Part shown: positions 13,801 through 25,800 of the stretch, in pieces
How the letters are laid out: every line of letters starts with the position of its first letter
Numbering within the stretch: position 1 is the stretch's first letter
Source of the DNA: Acanthaster planci
Lineage: Eukaryota
Assembly: GCF_001949145.1 (NCBI RefSeq)
Contig: NW_019091357.1
Location: 934,671-998,670 of the forward strand
Direction of reading: 5' to 3'
DNA: 64,000 nucleotides
Notes under the pieces: generated by a model
What the model saw: only the letters and a program-made list of their open reading frames with translations
What the model was told of the DNA's origin: nothing
The model's database searches: none
Position numbers and translations under genes: made by a program

Positions 13801-14992
13801 GTGGTGTCAAAGGTCGTTACAATTGTTATTGATGATCTGTTTGACCTTAGCAGTTTCCAGCAGAAACACATTGATGTAGAATCCGAGTACGGTGTTGGTT
13901 AGTTGGTAAGGGATTCCGCCTAGACCATAGAAGACCTTCGACCGCATGGACAGCTTCAGGCCTGGACTTGGTCGATTCCTAATGCGTGGTCTTAGGGGTG
14001 TCCTCTGCAGGAAATAAAATTCCAAGCGTTTTCCAGCTAAAAGTCTTCCCACTTCTTTAGTTCTTATCATTACCGTCACCCTGTAGCTGTCCGTTTTCGT
14101 TCGAAAAATTTGTCTGGAAATTAATTCACCCGCGAAAACTAAGTGCATTTTTGTACGAGTCCACCTTTTTATGTGTAATCTAGACACTTTAGTCAGTGAT
14201 TAAGTTCTTCATTCTGTGGTTTTTATCATGCTACATAGCCCCGGCTTTCCACCGCAATACCAACAAATGTGATGACAGATAATACACAACCCTGTTCTAT
14301 TACTACAGCCTGCATGAATTGCATGAATGTAGGACTACACGCAGTGATAAAAATGTAATCAGACCATCACAGGTCGAGTATTGCAGTTTTTCTAGGTACC
14401 TCTGATTTCAAATTGATTGTAACTGCGGTCAACATGAATGTGTTCCACAGATATGTCACACTGAAGCAATCCAAGGTCGAATGCATTGTGTTAAAGCTAC
14501 TCATGGTAGTCACGAGATCTCGTGCTCCTGTGGTTTGTTTGTTGTTGTAGTGTGATGCACTTACACCATTTGACATTTTTGCAAAAATCATAACTACTTT
14601 GGGTAGTGCCTTGTATATTTGGGTGTGCCATTTTGAACCATGTTGAGCTCTGAAAGAAACAGAACTTAGCAAAACTCGTCAATTTGCCACTTTTGGCGTT
14701 TTGTGTGTCTGAGTCTCTCATTGATAATGACTGTACTGCATAGATTTGTCCTCAAGTCATATCTCAGTTTCTTCAACGGCAAGCGCAAGCTCGCAGTTAT
14801 TTACATGAAAGTAGATAGCAAGAGGCCGAAGCTCGTAAGAGCTTACCTATACATAATTAAATTAAAAGATTTCCTCAACATAATACAGACTTCGATACAG
14901 ATGAAAATAAGAAATGAATTAGTAAGAAGTCTAATTATGACTACCTCGTCACTGTAGTAAGTCTCCTTCATGTCAGTCCCCTTGCCAGCCAT
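7865..14992 (-). CDS. MFSD2A: MFSD2A-like MFS (GPH/MelB family) Na+-dependent lysolipid symporter, 532 aa, 14 coding exons
   Basis: Exons in 5'->3' order on -: 14992-14945, 14004-13846, 13433-13309, 12898-12769, 12499-12421, 11487-11336, 10910-10820, 10622-10504, 10242-10162, 9712-9629, 9282-9167, 9031-8894, 8369-8193, 7964-7865. All introns are GT-AG with compatible phases; total 1599 nt. Family motifs: KVFYGLGGIPYQ, GRIWDAMTDPIIG, RFGKHKPW, ERDKATAFRMGSEVLG, QGNFVLY, LIPWSMVPDVIDDF, ETIFYTFYIMIVKLGSG, LYPITEE. MFSD2A versus MFSD2B orthology cannot be resolved in an invertebrate by eye. Confidence 0.92.
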
Positions 14993-17326
14993 GTTTTCAA
15001 ATTCTATTTCTCCTTTGATTGAAGTTCTTGTCCTGGCCAGCTTAAAATGGCCTAATGGATTTATGCGGAACAGATCATGATAACAGCGTTATAATTAACA
15101 CACAATCGGACTTTGGCCTAACCACTAGTTGGTCCTGATGCTCCCGCTTAACCACAGTGCCGCACTGGGTTGACTTGTGGTGACTTCACGCAGACTTTGC
15201 CTCTGCAATTATAGTCCCACCGGCAGATAAATTTGGGGCATTGAAAAGGGCTAAACACCCCTCAGAGATAAATCTTTGGCAAACGAATACACACTGGTAA
15301 CTTTGTTGGAAAATGGTGCTTTGTTGAGCGAGCACTTGGAACAATCAAACTGTCCCGTCAAAATTTTCGGTTTGCGAGGTATAAACAACAACTGCGCATG
15401 TTGCTATATGAACCCCTTGGAAATGGGCGCGTTTTCTGGGAACAGATTCACATGTGCATGTTTCTGCAAAGAACTACAGTTGACTGATGGAAACCAGGAA
15501 GCGTGGTTTGATGGGTGGTTTATATAGAAAACTGACACCTCAGTAGTCAAGCCTGCCTATCAGCCAGGAACCCACATCAAGATCTGGCAGTCAGATCAGT
15601 GGGCCATCGCCGGTGGTCGCTGAGGTTTCCTTAAACGTACGAGCTGCTGCGAGTGCGCGGGCGAATGCCCTTTTTTGCTTAGAGTCAAAATGGATGGTTG
15701 AAAATGTTTAACACGTGGATATGTTAATTCAACTCGCAACTTGTTTTAGCTCGACGCACTTGCATCGTATAATGATTGTAGTAGACGGTGATATCTACAA
15801 TGCCTGTAACCACACGGTGCAGGTCATAGGAGGTCAAAATATCAATCGCCAGTCTGTGTTTCTGTTGAAAATGTACGGTAGGTGCAAACAAAATCATAGA
15901 TTTACATCTTTTCTCGGTTGGGGAAAATAATACACATTGAACCGTTAATATGCGATCTCTTAGTACTGAATCGGACATTTTTCTTTTTTATGTTATCTTA
16001 CAAGACGAAATCCAAAGTTAAACATGGCAATACATGTTATGAATTGTCTGACCACACGATACTGTGTGCTGTGTATTTTACAAATACTTTTAGTAATACT
16101 TATTTTCAAAGTTTTTCATTTACGAAGCGTATTAGACAAGGCATTAAAACTACACTAAATAATATCTGCAGCTGAAGTATCACTTTTGGTATAAATACAG
16201 TAACAAGTATTTTTCTCTTCAATTAAATATTAAACCTGAATCTCCGTGTACCGTTCGTTTGCCTCATTTAATCCATCCGGTACAGGGATAAAAAAGTAAG
16301 ATTCTTATTCTTTTCCAACTGGACAATTAAATGCTCAAATTTTATAAATAGCGGGTGCCCATAACATTTAAGCTCCAAACAGGTACGTAGATTCGGCAGT
16401 TTGTTTTCACTTCTTGTTTAACCTCCTTTTGATTTGGAAATATTGCCAAGAGCTCAATTTATGATCATTGTATTATCCGACACCGACGTATGAGTGTAAG
16501 CTTATAGCTTGAATTACTTAAATTTTAGTAAGTTTAATATTTGAATCATTTTCGTTAAAATGTGTATGTGATGCCGTTAATTTTCTAGATTACCTAATGT
16601 AACTCATAGTTACACTACTTCGACTTCTGCGTTATAACAGATACTCTAATTAATGAAACCTCGAGCCTTTATCTGCTTAACAATTGGCACTCCACTGAAG
16701 AAAAACAAAACTTCTCAAAAGCGATACACGCATGAACCAAAATTACCACTGTGCTATTAAATCTATTAAAAACGGTTATTGACTGCATATGAGCCTCTAT
16801 ACATTTACATCGTATTGGCACTGTACAGAAGTACAGTACCCCCTCAACGGCGGTAATGAAAGAGCTCGGGCCGACACCTGAACGCCATTTCCACCTTGTG
16901 TCTATACATGATGCGCCTGCCCGCGGGTGTCGACCCTAACGGGCGTCATTGCTGCGTAACAAAGCGCCCTCTCTCGTTCAAACATCAAGCACACAAGGCG
17001 TTTGTATTTACAGATTAAAAAAAAAGTATTGAAATTTCTACAGTTGAAATTGTATGGAAATTGCTATATTACGTGCGCCAAGGCCCCAGGGAGCCTTTTT
17101 ACTGTGTTCGAGAGTATGACGTTCTACTAAATATAGGGAGGTTGTTTGTAAGGTTGGATTACCGGTTATAGATATTGTTGTGATAAATTGGTTGCAATTT
17201 CAAACGAAGGAGTAGCGAACCAGAGTTTGTTTTTTTTTAGCTCTAACCGGCTTGCCGTCATCCGGTTATTTGCAGCATTAATGTTCAACGTGACGATCTA
17301 TTGAGCTTCAATTCAAGATTAATTTC

Positions 17327-19491
17327 CTATGTACATGTGTACACTGTCTCTGTCTCTGTGTTACCATCCGTCATACTACGCAGGCGTGCCTGCGTGCGCA
17401 TCCAGCTCTGCCGACGGGTCGACCTAAGGGTCAGCGTCTCCTTCATCCGCTTGCGAAAATTGTCCGAGAGCAGTGCGTAAAGTATAGGGTTGAGGGCGCT
17501 ATTGAAGAAATAGCACAAATAGGCAAATGGAATGAAAATTTGGAAAGGCTCCGCAAAGCCGTCGCCGCCGAAATTCGAATAAAACGAAAGAACCTGATAT
17601 GGTAACATACATAATGCGAAGGACAACACGACCACAACCAACAGCTTAATGACTTTCTTGCGCGCTGCGATTGTTTCCTTCTTTTTATTCTTCTTGCTTT
17701 TCCTCTCCGGTTTGGATATGGTCAAGGGACGAGACCGAGACAGGTGGTTGTGAGCCCGTCCGGGCTGCAAGGTTTTGACGGGGTGAGGCATGTTGTTGTT
17801 GGGCAAATTCTGGCCGTTTTCCCCCGGAGGAATATTGCCCGTGACACCAAGTCTGGTTTCCTGTATCTCCTGTGTGTCTTTTGCCGTCGAGGAGTCCCTA
17901 CTGTCCTCGAAGTCGACCTGAATACGAATCGGCTTCTCGTGGGCCGCGGGTTTGTAAATGTCACGTGGGTCCACGGGACCGGAGGGGCAGCTGTCTTCGT
18001 CTGGCTCGTCCAGGAAGAACGGTCCGATCCTCTGGTTTCCGCTCCCCGCAAGTTTGTTGGACACTTGAGCCTCCATCAGGACTTGGGCTTCTTCCGGGTT
18101 ACTCAAAGCTGCCTGCTCACCCTTCTTTTTCTGGTCGGCAGGGGGCGCTGCTCCCTGCCGCGGGCGGATCAGGTACCGCACTCTGCCGAACTGCTTAATG
18201 AGGCTCCGATTGGAGCGTCCGGGGCTTTTCTCAGAATCAGACGCGACAAGTCTCAATTTACTACTCATCCATAGCTTCTGACATATGAACCCGTATAGCA
18301 CCACCATTATCAAGAGCGGAATGATGTAGTAGATAAAGAAAAACACCAGGGTGAGTTGCTGGCCCTGGCTTTCGTTGTCGGTTAGATCAGGATCTATGGA
18401 GCAGTAAGTTACATTATCGTGGACAGTTATCACGTGATACAAAGCGTAGTGGATGTTCAGCAAGGCGCTGGCTATCCATACCACAGCCATGGCCACCATC
18501 AGCCGGCCGGCAGTCAGCAAGCGCCTGGTCTCTAGTGGGCGCAAGATGGCTATGAATCGCTCCATGGAGATGACGGTCAGGATAAAGATTGAAGAGGTAG
18601 TGGTGGCAGCCATGATGTAATGATGGACCTTACACATGAAGTCGCCCAAGAACCAGCCAACGCTGACGAACATAAGGAGCTTGGGGACGATGCAGAAGAT
18701 CGAGACGAGAAGATCCGCCACAGCCAGATTGGCCAAGAAGAAGTTTGTGACCGTGCGCATTGAGCGGTTATAAGCAATGACGAAGATGACGAGGAGGTTG
18801 CCACAGAGGCCTAGAATAGACGTCACTGTGAAGCTTATGATCAGAATCTCCTTCAAAGGTGATTCAATGTACGGGTCCTTCCATACTGTGCCATTGGTAT
18901 CATTGGCAAACTCTGTATAAAGGAAAACAATAGAATAGAGTGTTTAATTCCGTGGTATCGTGAAGTTCAAAATAAAATAGACTCATGCACATTCGCCTAC
19001 ATAGTGTGATTGCTTTAATGGTTCCTTTTGTCAACTTCAACTGCTCTTTGCCTGTGTATTAATAGCGATATTACTGGTGAAAAAATCTTTAAATTCTCAT
19101 CACTATCATCTTTCAGGCCGGTGCGTGCTGATGAGAGTATTGCAGTGCGATTCCAAAGAGAGCCGTCAACACTTGGTAAACAGAATATCCCTTCTGCTGT
19201 TTACCCACGAAATAACAATGAATTAGATCCAGAATGAATCGACATTCTGTGCCTGAATCATAAGCCGAATCCCAGTGAAGCCGTTTGTTTCTTAAATAGG
19301 ATTCTGTGTTGTTCTGTTGAAGGGTCATCCTCTCCCTTTTGTGACTTGAGATGGATATTTGTTCGGCGTTATGTTTCAAATATCGCGTCGCTATCCAAAC
19401 AAAAGTTGAAATTACTTCAGACGATGTGTTGGAAGCAGCTCATGATGGTACGCACGCGTTTGGGCTGTAATAAGGCAAACTTACCCTCCAT
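17327..19491 (-). CDS. Class A (rhodopsin-like) neuropeptide GPCR, trissin receptor-like, about 530 aa
   Basis: A large exon at 18912-17327 (acceptor ttcctttatacag) is joined by a phase-1 intron to a 7-nt coding exon 19491-19485 (aaaaATG GAG G|gtaagt). This gives MEEFANDTNGTVWKDPYIESPLKEIL..., with two N-glycosylation sequons. Seven TMs with GNLLV, TNFFLANLAVADLL, WFLGDFMCK, SMERF, YYIIPL, FALCMLPY and NSALNPILYALLSDNFRK. The TM3-TM4 segment (SIFILTVISMERF...LLTAGRL), FALCxLPY and LSxNFRKxMKE resemble insect trissin receptors from recall, not from a database search. Confidence 0.9.
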
Positions 19492-19685
19492 TTTTATTGA
19501 TGATGTGCTGTTGAAAAGTGCTGCAACTTGTTCCGCTGGCACTAAGCAAAACCCTGACGAGGAATGCTTCCCATTTTCAAGCAAGGTTGGATACCAAGAA
19601 TTCCTCTAGGTGTCAGCTTTATCTGCTTAAAGAAATAAAGGAAGATTAAGGCACAAATATTCTGAAACTGCCTCCTTGATAACGT

Positions 19686-19811
19686 CAGGTGGATACAGGG
19701 CCACATTTTGGGGAGAGGGATACATTTTTCCCGGGGGATGGGGAATATAAATTTTGTTTTTTGGGGAGGGGGTTTGGCGTGGCACCCATTTCCCCCCTCT
19801 AGGATCCACTG
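19686..19811. repeat. Short GC-rich MITE-like element with imperfect terminal inverted repeats
   Basis: caggtggatacaggg at the left end and ccctctaggatccactg at the right end are imperfect reverse complements; the interior has G and C runs. Confidence 0.4.
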
Positions 19812-22800
19812 CTAATATCTCTTCATAGTGTCATTGCGTTTACTTTGTGTCAGATATTTGAAACGGGGATGATGCACTTCCAAAAGTCTTACCTACAGTG
19901 GGCTCATTAACATGCCTTTGAATGCATTATACATTTTTTATATGGATTGGACAAGTCTTCGATTAACATTTCCATGATTTTGCTGTCAAAATGTGTAGGC
20001 TATAAAAATGTTGCATTGTTCCGCGATTTGGAGAAATTGTACTACTCCAATCATTTTGGTAAAAAGGCAAAAAGTTGGTTATGGCATCCTCAGTCCTTTT
20101 GGGACGCTACCGTGGTTCATGTGCCCAAGCAAGGTGTGCCCGAACCGTTGCCTGAGGGCGTGCTTGCCTGTACTCGACTTCGCTCCTGCTGTTTGCTTTT
20201 GTTTTATTTTCTCGAGCCGGAGTCTGCTCGTAGCTCCTCCGGGGACGACATGCTATCCCCGGCTCCCTGAAACGCAACACCGCGGCGATTTTGCAATTTA
20301 AGAAGGGAAGGGGGTTCGTGTGTGTGGGTGATATTTGGGGAAAACAGAACAAGTGGGGTCCCGGATTAAAAACCTTAGACTGTGGTAAAAACATCTGACT
20401 GAATTCCCAAGCTGAAAGATACCCGATTTAAGGTAGTATGGCTGGGAAAAGATGGTTGTTTTCGTTAATTTGTCCAGTTGGTTTTGTAACGGGGAGCCAT
20501 GAATTCAATTTTTCGTGACCTGTCAAAATACCAATTCAGTTTTGATTCTATGGTCTTATTATTCGACAGAAAGCAAGCTTCCAAAGATTTGCAGACGCTA
20601 TAGGGACGTAATTAGATACCCGAAAAACAGATTTTTAATCAGGTGGTACTACTGACTGTGATTCTACACACACTTCAGAATATTGGGGACATTAACGGTG
20701 CTGGCTCTGTCCCCTTTTTTGGAGGGGGGGAAGAACTTTGCTTGTCCACGGGTCTCAACGGGAGTGAGGGGGCCTTCTGTGCTTAAGAACTGTAGCTTAA
20801 CGCTGTCCCCAGTCTTTCCATTTCTTGACGGTGTGCGCCTAAGGCACTTCATTACTAAAAGATGTATCAATTTATTGAAATGCCGAACGCTTTCAACGCG
20901 CTTCTTTTTAAACAAATTACCCATCGATCAATCATTTAATACGCACCCTTTCCCGTCTCCCTTGAAATTATTGTGGCGCGCTTCTTTCGCGCCACTGTCA
21001 CCCCTCAGTGCATGGACAGTGAAGAGAACTTCGTTCCCCTAGCTGTGATCACGTCTGCACCTTGCGCCACACGGACCCCTCTGAACATCGACAACCTAAC
21101 GGTTGTGAGTTCTATTATTCCAGGCGCTCTTTACACTTCTACCCGTGAACTGTCTCAGGACCCATACACCCTAATGAAATCACGCCATGGCATATTACAC
21201 CTCACGCGTTGCACCATACCCTGTCAGCCCCTGGGATCAGATTGCTGGTTAAGATTATGAACCAACGGGCCAATTAAATACATCTGAGAAGAAAACTTGG
21301 GTCGAAACGGTCGCATTATGGTGTGCGCATTAATTTGCTTGCTGTAATACCTGCCAGGCGTGATTGAAGAAGATCGGGATGGTCGAGCGATTATGACACA
21401 GTGTAAAGTTTAATTTTGTGTGGGCAAGAAGTAATTGTAAAACAAATTCAGAACCCAGTTAACCAAGTTAGCATTGTTCCAAAAAGGTATGTGCAGTAAG
21501 GCAAGACATATTTGGAAGTGTTTTTGACAGTATTTTCTTTTATGCAACTTTCGAACAAAACGACTCAAGGAAATCTAGACACAAATGGTAAACTTTACTT
21601 GTACAAATTCACTTATTTCTTAAATCCAAGTGGATTTTTTTCCTTTCTGTAAAGAAAACCACCGTTTCCATAGTTCACTAGCGACTTTTTCTAATTGCCC
21701 GATTCGCGATCAAAGTTTAAGCATCCCTCAAGCTGAAATGCTCATTTGTAGAGTGTGCTTTGGGCGTGACACGCACTCCGTCGCAAACCAGGGTCCCACG
21801 GGTTCATCCTTGTACATGCCGTACCATGAGTAATGTATCTTTAGTGGGGGCAATTTGGCCGGCCACGGGCTCGTTACGACCGCGCCGTGCCCCAGGGACT
21901 GGCAGGCAAGATCACCTGTGTGACCGGTTTCGTGCCCAGTATGATTGAAATGTTTGCAGGGGGCCTATCTTTCCAGCACGTATGCCGCAGAGCCATGAGA
22001 AAAGCCGTAAATCAATGAGATATTTGGGCCTAAGATATGAGAACGTCCGTTTGTATCAGTGATATCATAATGGTGACGCTGGCAGAATTAGTACCATACA
22101 AATGGCCATTTGGAAGTAAATCTAAAATATGTTGTACTTCATTACAGTCTTCCAATCGACACACTTTTCAGGAGCAATAAATTTATTTTTAGTGTATGTT
22201 CTAACTAAGACAATATAGAGCCAAGGCTTCCAGACATATGATTGTGTCAGTGCACAACGGAGGAAAGGCGAAACATTGCCTCCGTGTGTAGCGTTTTCTG
22301 GGTCTACAGCAATTTCTTCAATAACATTTAATAAAAGCGCACGGTGAACCAGCGAGCTAAATATTCCTTGGCTGCCGCCTTTGTTTTTGAAGTCTTGGAT
22401 AAAGGTGAGATACCGGGCAACCAACCTTTCTGCGCATTTGTCATTGTAAGAGGACACTGTAATATTAAAAAGCTCAATAACCGCTGCCAGTCCTATTTGC
22501 CGAGCAGGTGGTCTGCATTGCGGCAATCAAACAGAAAACTAACTAAGCATCCTAAACTCACGAGGTATAACATAAATGAGCGATTAAAGTCAGTCTGGCG
22601 CCCGCCACCTAATGTATTTCAGCTCTTCGACGACATTTCTGTATTGCCATATCCCCCCCCCCAAAAGGGAATTCGTGCGTCGAGGCTTAGCATATCAGAA
22701 AATACATTGCCTTGAATTCTACGGTTTGATTAAATCAAGGAACTCTTAATTATTCGGCGGGCATTTCGACGGGTTCTAACCGATTTAAGATTCTAAGCGC

Positions 22801-25800
22801 AAAGGTTTCAGGTGCTTTTTATTAACGTCATGCAGATAATAACCTCTAATCCCTTTATACCGTAAAACTTCATTAATTGCTTGTTGGGGTGTACTGTTTG
22901 CCCCCAAACTTGAAAAAAAGTTGCAGACGTACTTTAACTTTTACGTGGAGGTGTTGCTCTTCCATACATTTACTGCACATTTTTCTTCTCAGGTAAAAGT
23001 CAGGCTCATATACTGTGTACTGCAAGGAATTTTCTCTACCAAAGTTTCAAAGCTCTTGTGGTGTTATTTCAGCCAAAATTGACACATCTATTAAAGGGAA
23101 TTACTTTGAGTTTTTAATTAAAGAAACAGCAAGTACAGACACAAAAACTCAGTTGCAGAGTTTTAAGGTAACAAGTTTGAATAATTTTTTTATCAAGCTC
23201 GGGTGTCTGTTTAAAAAAATAATGAGCAATAGTTCCCGGTCATTCGTTTGAATCCACCGTGGTGTGAATAATACCGCGGTTTGGCTGTGCGAGCAAAGGC
23301 AGAAAACTATTGGACTTTATGCTGATTACATTTCTACAAACGTTCACACTTTTGACCCTCGCGTCTGGCGGGGAAGTGGGAAGAAAATGAAAGCATAAGA
23401 CCGATGAAAGAACCGACCGTTTCCCAACCATTATCCGCTGGAGAAAGAATGCATAAATTCCCAGCCGAGTCTATTTACGTCGAGATCCTAAAGGTTAACT
23501 GATCAAAAGAAGTTCCTGGGAACGATGGCTCCGCGACAATTTCATTTCGGCGCGAAGCGTTTGTTTCGGCGGGAATCTTTTAACTCTTAAGAATGTTTAT
23601 GTGTACATGAACGGTCCCGTCGCATAACACTTCACGCGCAGAGTGTCTGTTCTCAACAAACATCCATGAACGTCCTTTTTAAAAACTCCGATGTGGTTAT
23701 TTATTGACTGAGTTTTACACCCTGCAGACAAGTAAGTGTCTATACTATAGTTCAACAGGAGACGATCAATTAATCACGTTATATTTTATGTAGATTCCAT
23801 CTAACACTCTAAAGCAGTAACTGAGTGAATCTTAGTCGGTTCAGAATGGAGGTGTTTTGGGAAACTGATGAAAGCTTTCTTTAACTAATTAAATGGCTGT
23901 CCAATATGCTCATTATGACACGTGTTTTCAGGTCAACCTGGGACCTATTTGTGGCTTTAGGGAGCGGATAATTGAAGCACTTTCCGCTTGAATTCCAACA
24001 GTTTTGCGATCAAATCGTCGATAGAGTGTTTAATCTTGCAAGGACTCGTGCATCTAAGCCATCGCTGCGCACTCCGAAAATGTCAGTGCCTTATCGTGCA
24101 TAATCGTTCTCCCTTCATCCATCAACCGATCCTTTTTATTCCAAGTGAGGATTAAGTCATTTGGTGTGCTATATGAAAGGGCTTTTAAGTGTCAACGGGA
24201 ACTCGAGAGATTAATGCGTCGACAGGCGAACGTCACTGTTTCTTTGTTGTTGATTGCTCTTCGGTTTTACGAACATTTTCACATCAGCATTTAATTTTCA
24301 TCTCAGGATTTACAATGTACCTTGTGTAAAGATGACTGAATATAGCGTCGTGTTTTACTCGGCTGCATTCAAGTTGAAGTATTCAGTTCCAGTCAGGCTC
24401 TCGGCAATAAATAATAGGTCATTACAGCAGACAGCAAAAAGCTGTTATCCCCTTGACTACTTTGTCAGTGTATCATTCTGAAGGCCAACTTGGATCATAA
24501 TTTGGACATCACGTAAATGCAGCGCTAATTTGACTGAGCAGCGGCGGATAAGCGCATGCTAATTTATGAAATATTTTACCCGATGCTATTCAACAACCCA
24601 TGGAACTGCTTTCAAATTATCAGATTATATATTCATTCTAATGACGTCAAGCCCATGTTATTTTGAGCAATCGATTAGTAGTTTGGTCAGCAATCAATTA
24701 GTGTGATCAGATCGACGTAATTCCACATTTATTTACATTTTTAAACTTCACAAGGAATTTCTAAATATGTAAAAGAATAGTCAAACCGTTATCACGTCTG
24801 CAAGTATGAGATATTTAATTTCCCTGTTATTTTGCATTTTAAGTTTCTGGCTAGATTTTTAGGACTGTATACAAAACGGCAAAGTCATCATTAAAAACAG
24901 ACCCATATGTGCCGATGTCGCAATTTTTGGGGCCGAAATAACCTCTTGTGTAGCTAAACTAAAGATTGACTGCGACACAGGGAACTTTGATGTTTTTGTC
25001 GGAGATTCTAGATTAGAATATCCACCCAGGAGATCAAATCATGCCGGTGAATTCTCTCTTCTCCCTCCCTCTCTCTCTGTGTTTTTTTTTTTTTACGGCA
25101 CAACCTGGCTGTGCAGCATCCATCCGCATTATCAATAGATTACATGTGTCACGCGCTGTGAGATGCAATAGTGCTAATCTTTGCTTGGGGCACGTGTAGT
25201 GTCACATTCTTTGGTGGACAACCCAAGATTTTGTGCGCGTCGTTGCACGCAAATATTTTGCTCAAAACTCCTTTTGTATATTTTTTTTTATCAGACAGAC
25301 CTTGCCATCAAGCTTCTTCGTGATAGCCATCAATGGTTTCAAGGTATCGGTAGGTACTGAGCTTCAGTACAAGATCCACACCAGTTACACGTGCCTGCTG
25401 TTTATGTCTCGACTTACTGATGACTTGCGGTTTTTAATTAAAGAGCCTTTAAAACACCCCTGATCGTTTGCTATTATCTAAGTGAAACGATAGACAAGTG
25501 AAAGCAATGGAGCTTATACAGAAAATGCCCTCAAACAATGACGTCATTCACCGCATGTCTCCATTTTTTTTTGCTCGATCGTCTCCGCGGCAGTGAAACA
25601 GCATACAAAGGTCTTCCATCCAGCGGAATAAGATCCGTGGAGGTCGTGTTTCAAGGACTGTTTCAATGCAGACTCCCCTTGTTCTGTAGCCGGAATTTTG
25701 CCAGCAATTGAAAGGCCTCGGTGGAACTCACGAAATGTCGCCCATTAATTTGGACTGATTTGGAAGGCTGTAATTACATTGTTTGAAAATCGGAGCAGGG

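Noticed and set aside
17744..18274. 176-aa plus-strand ORF and other ORFs overlapping the GPCR
   Set aside because: Antisense or alternate-frame shadows of a GC-rich coding exon; no motifs.
22122..22526. 134-aa minus-strand ORF upstream of the GPCR
   Set aside because: Non-ATG start, no recognisable domain or convincing splice boundaries. BLASTP would settle it.
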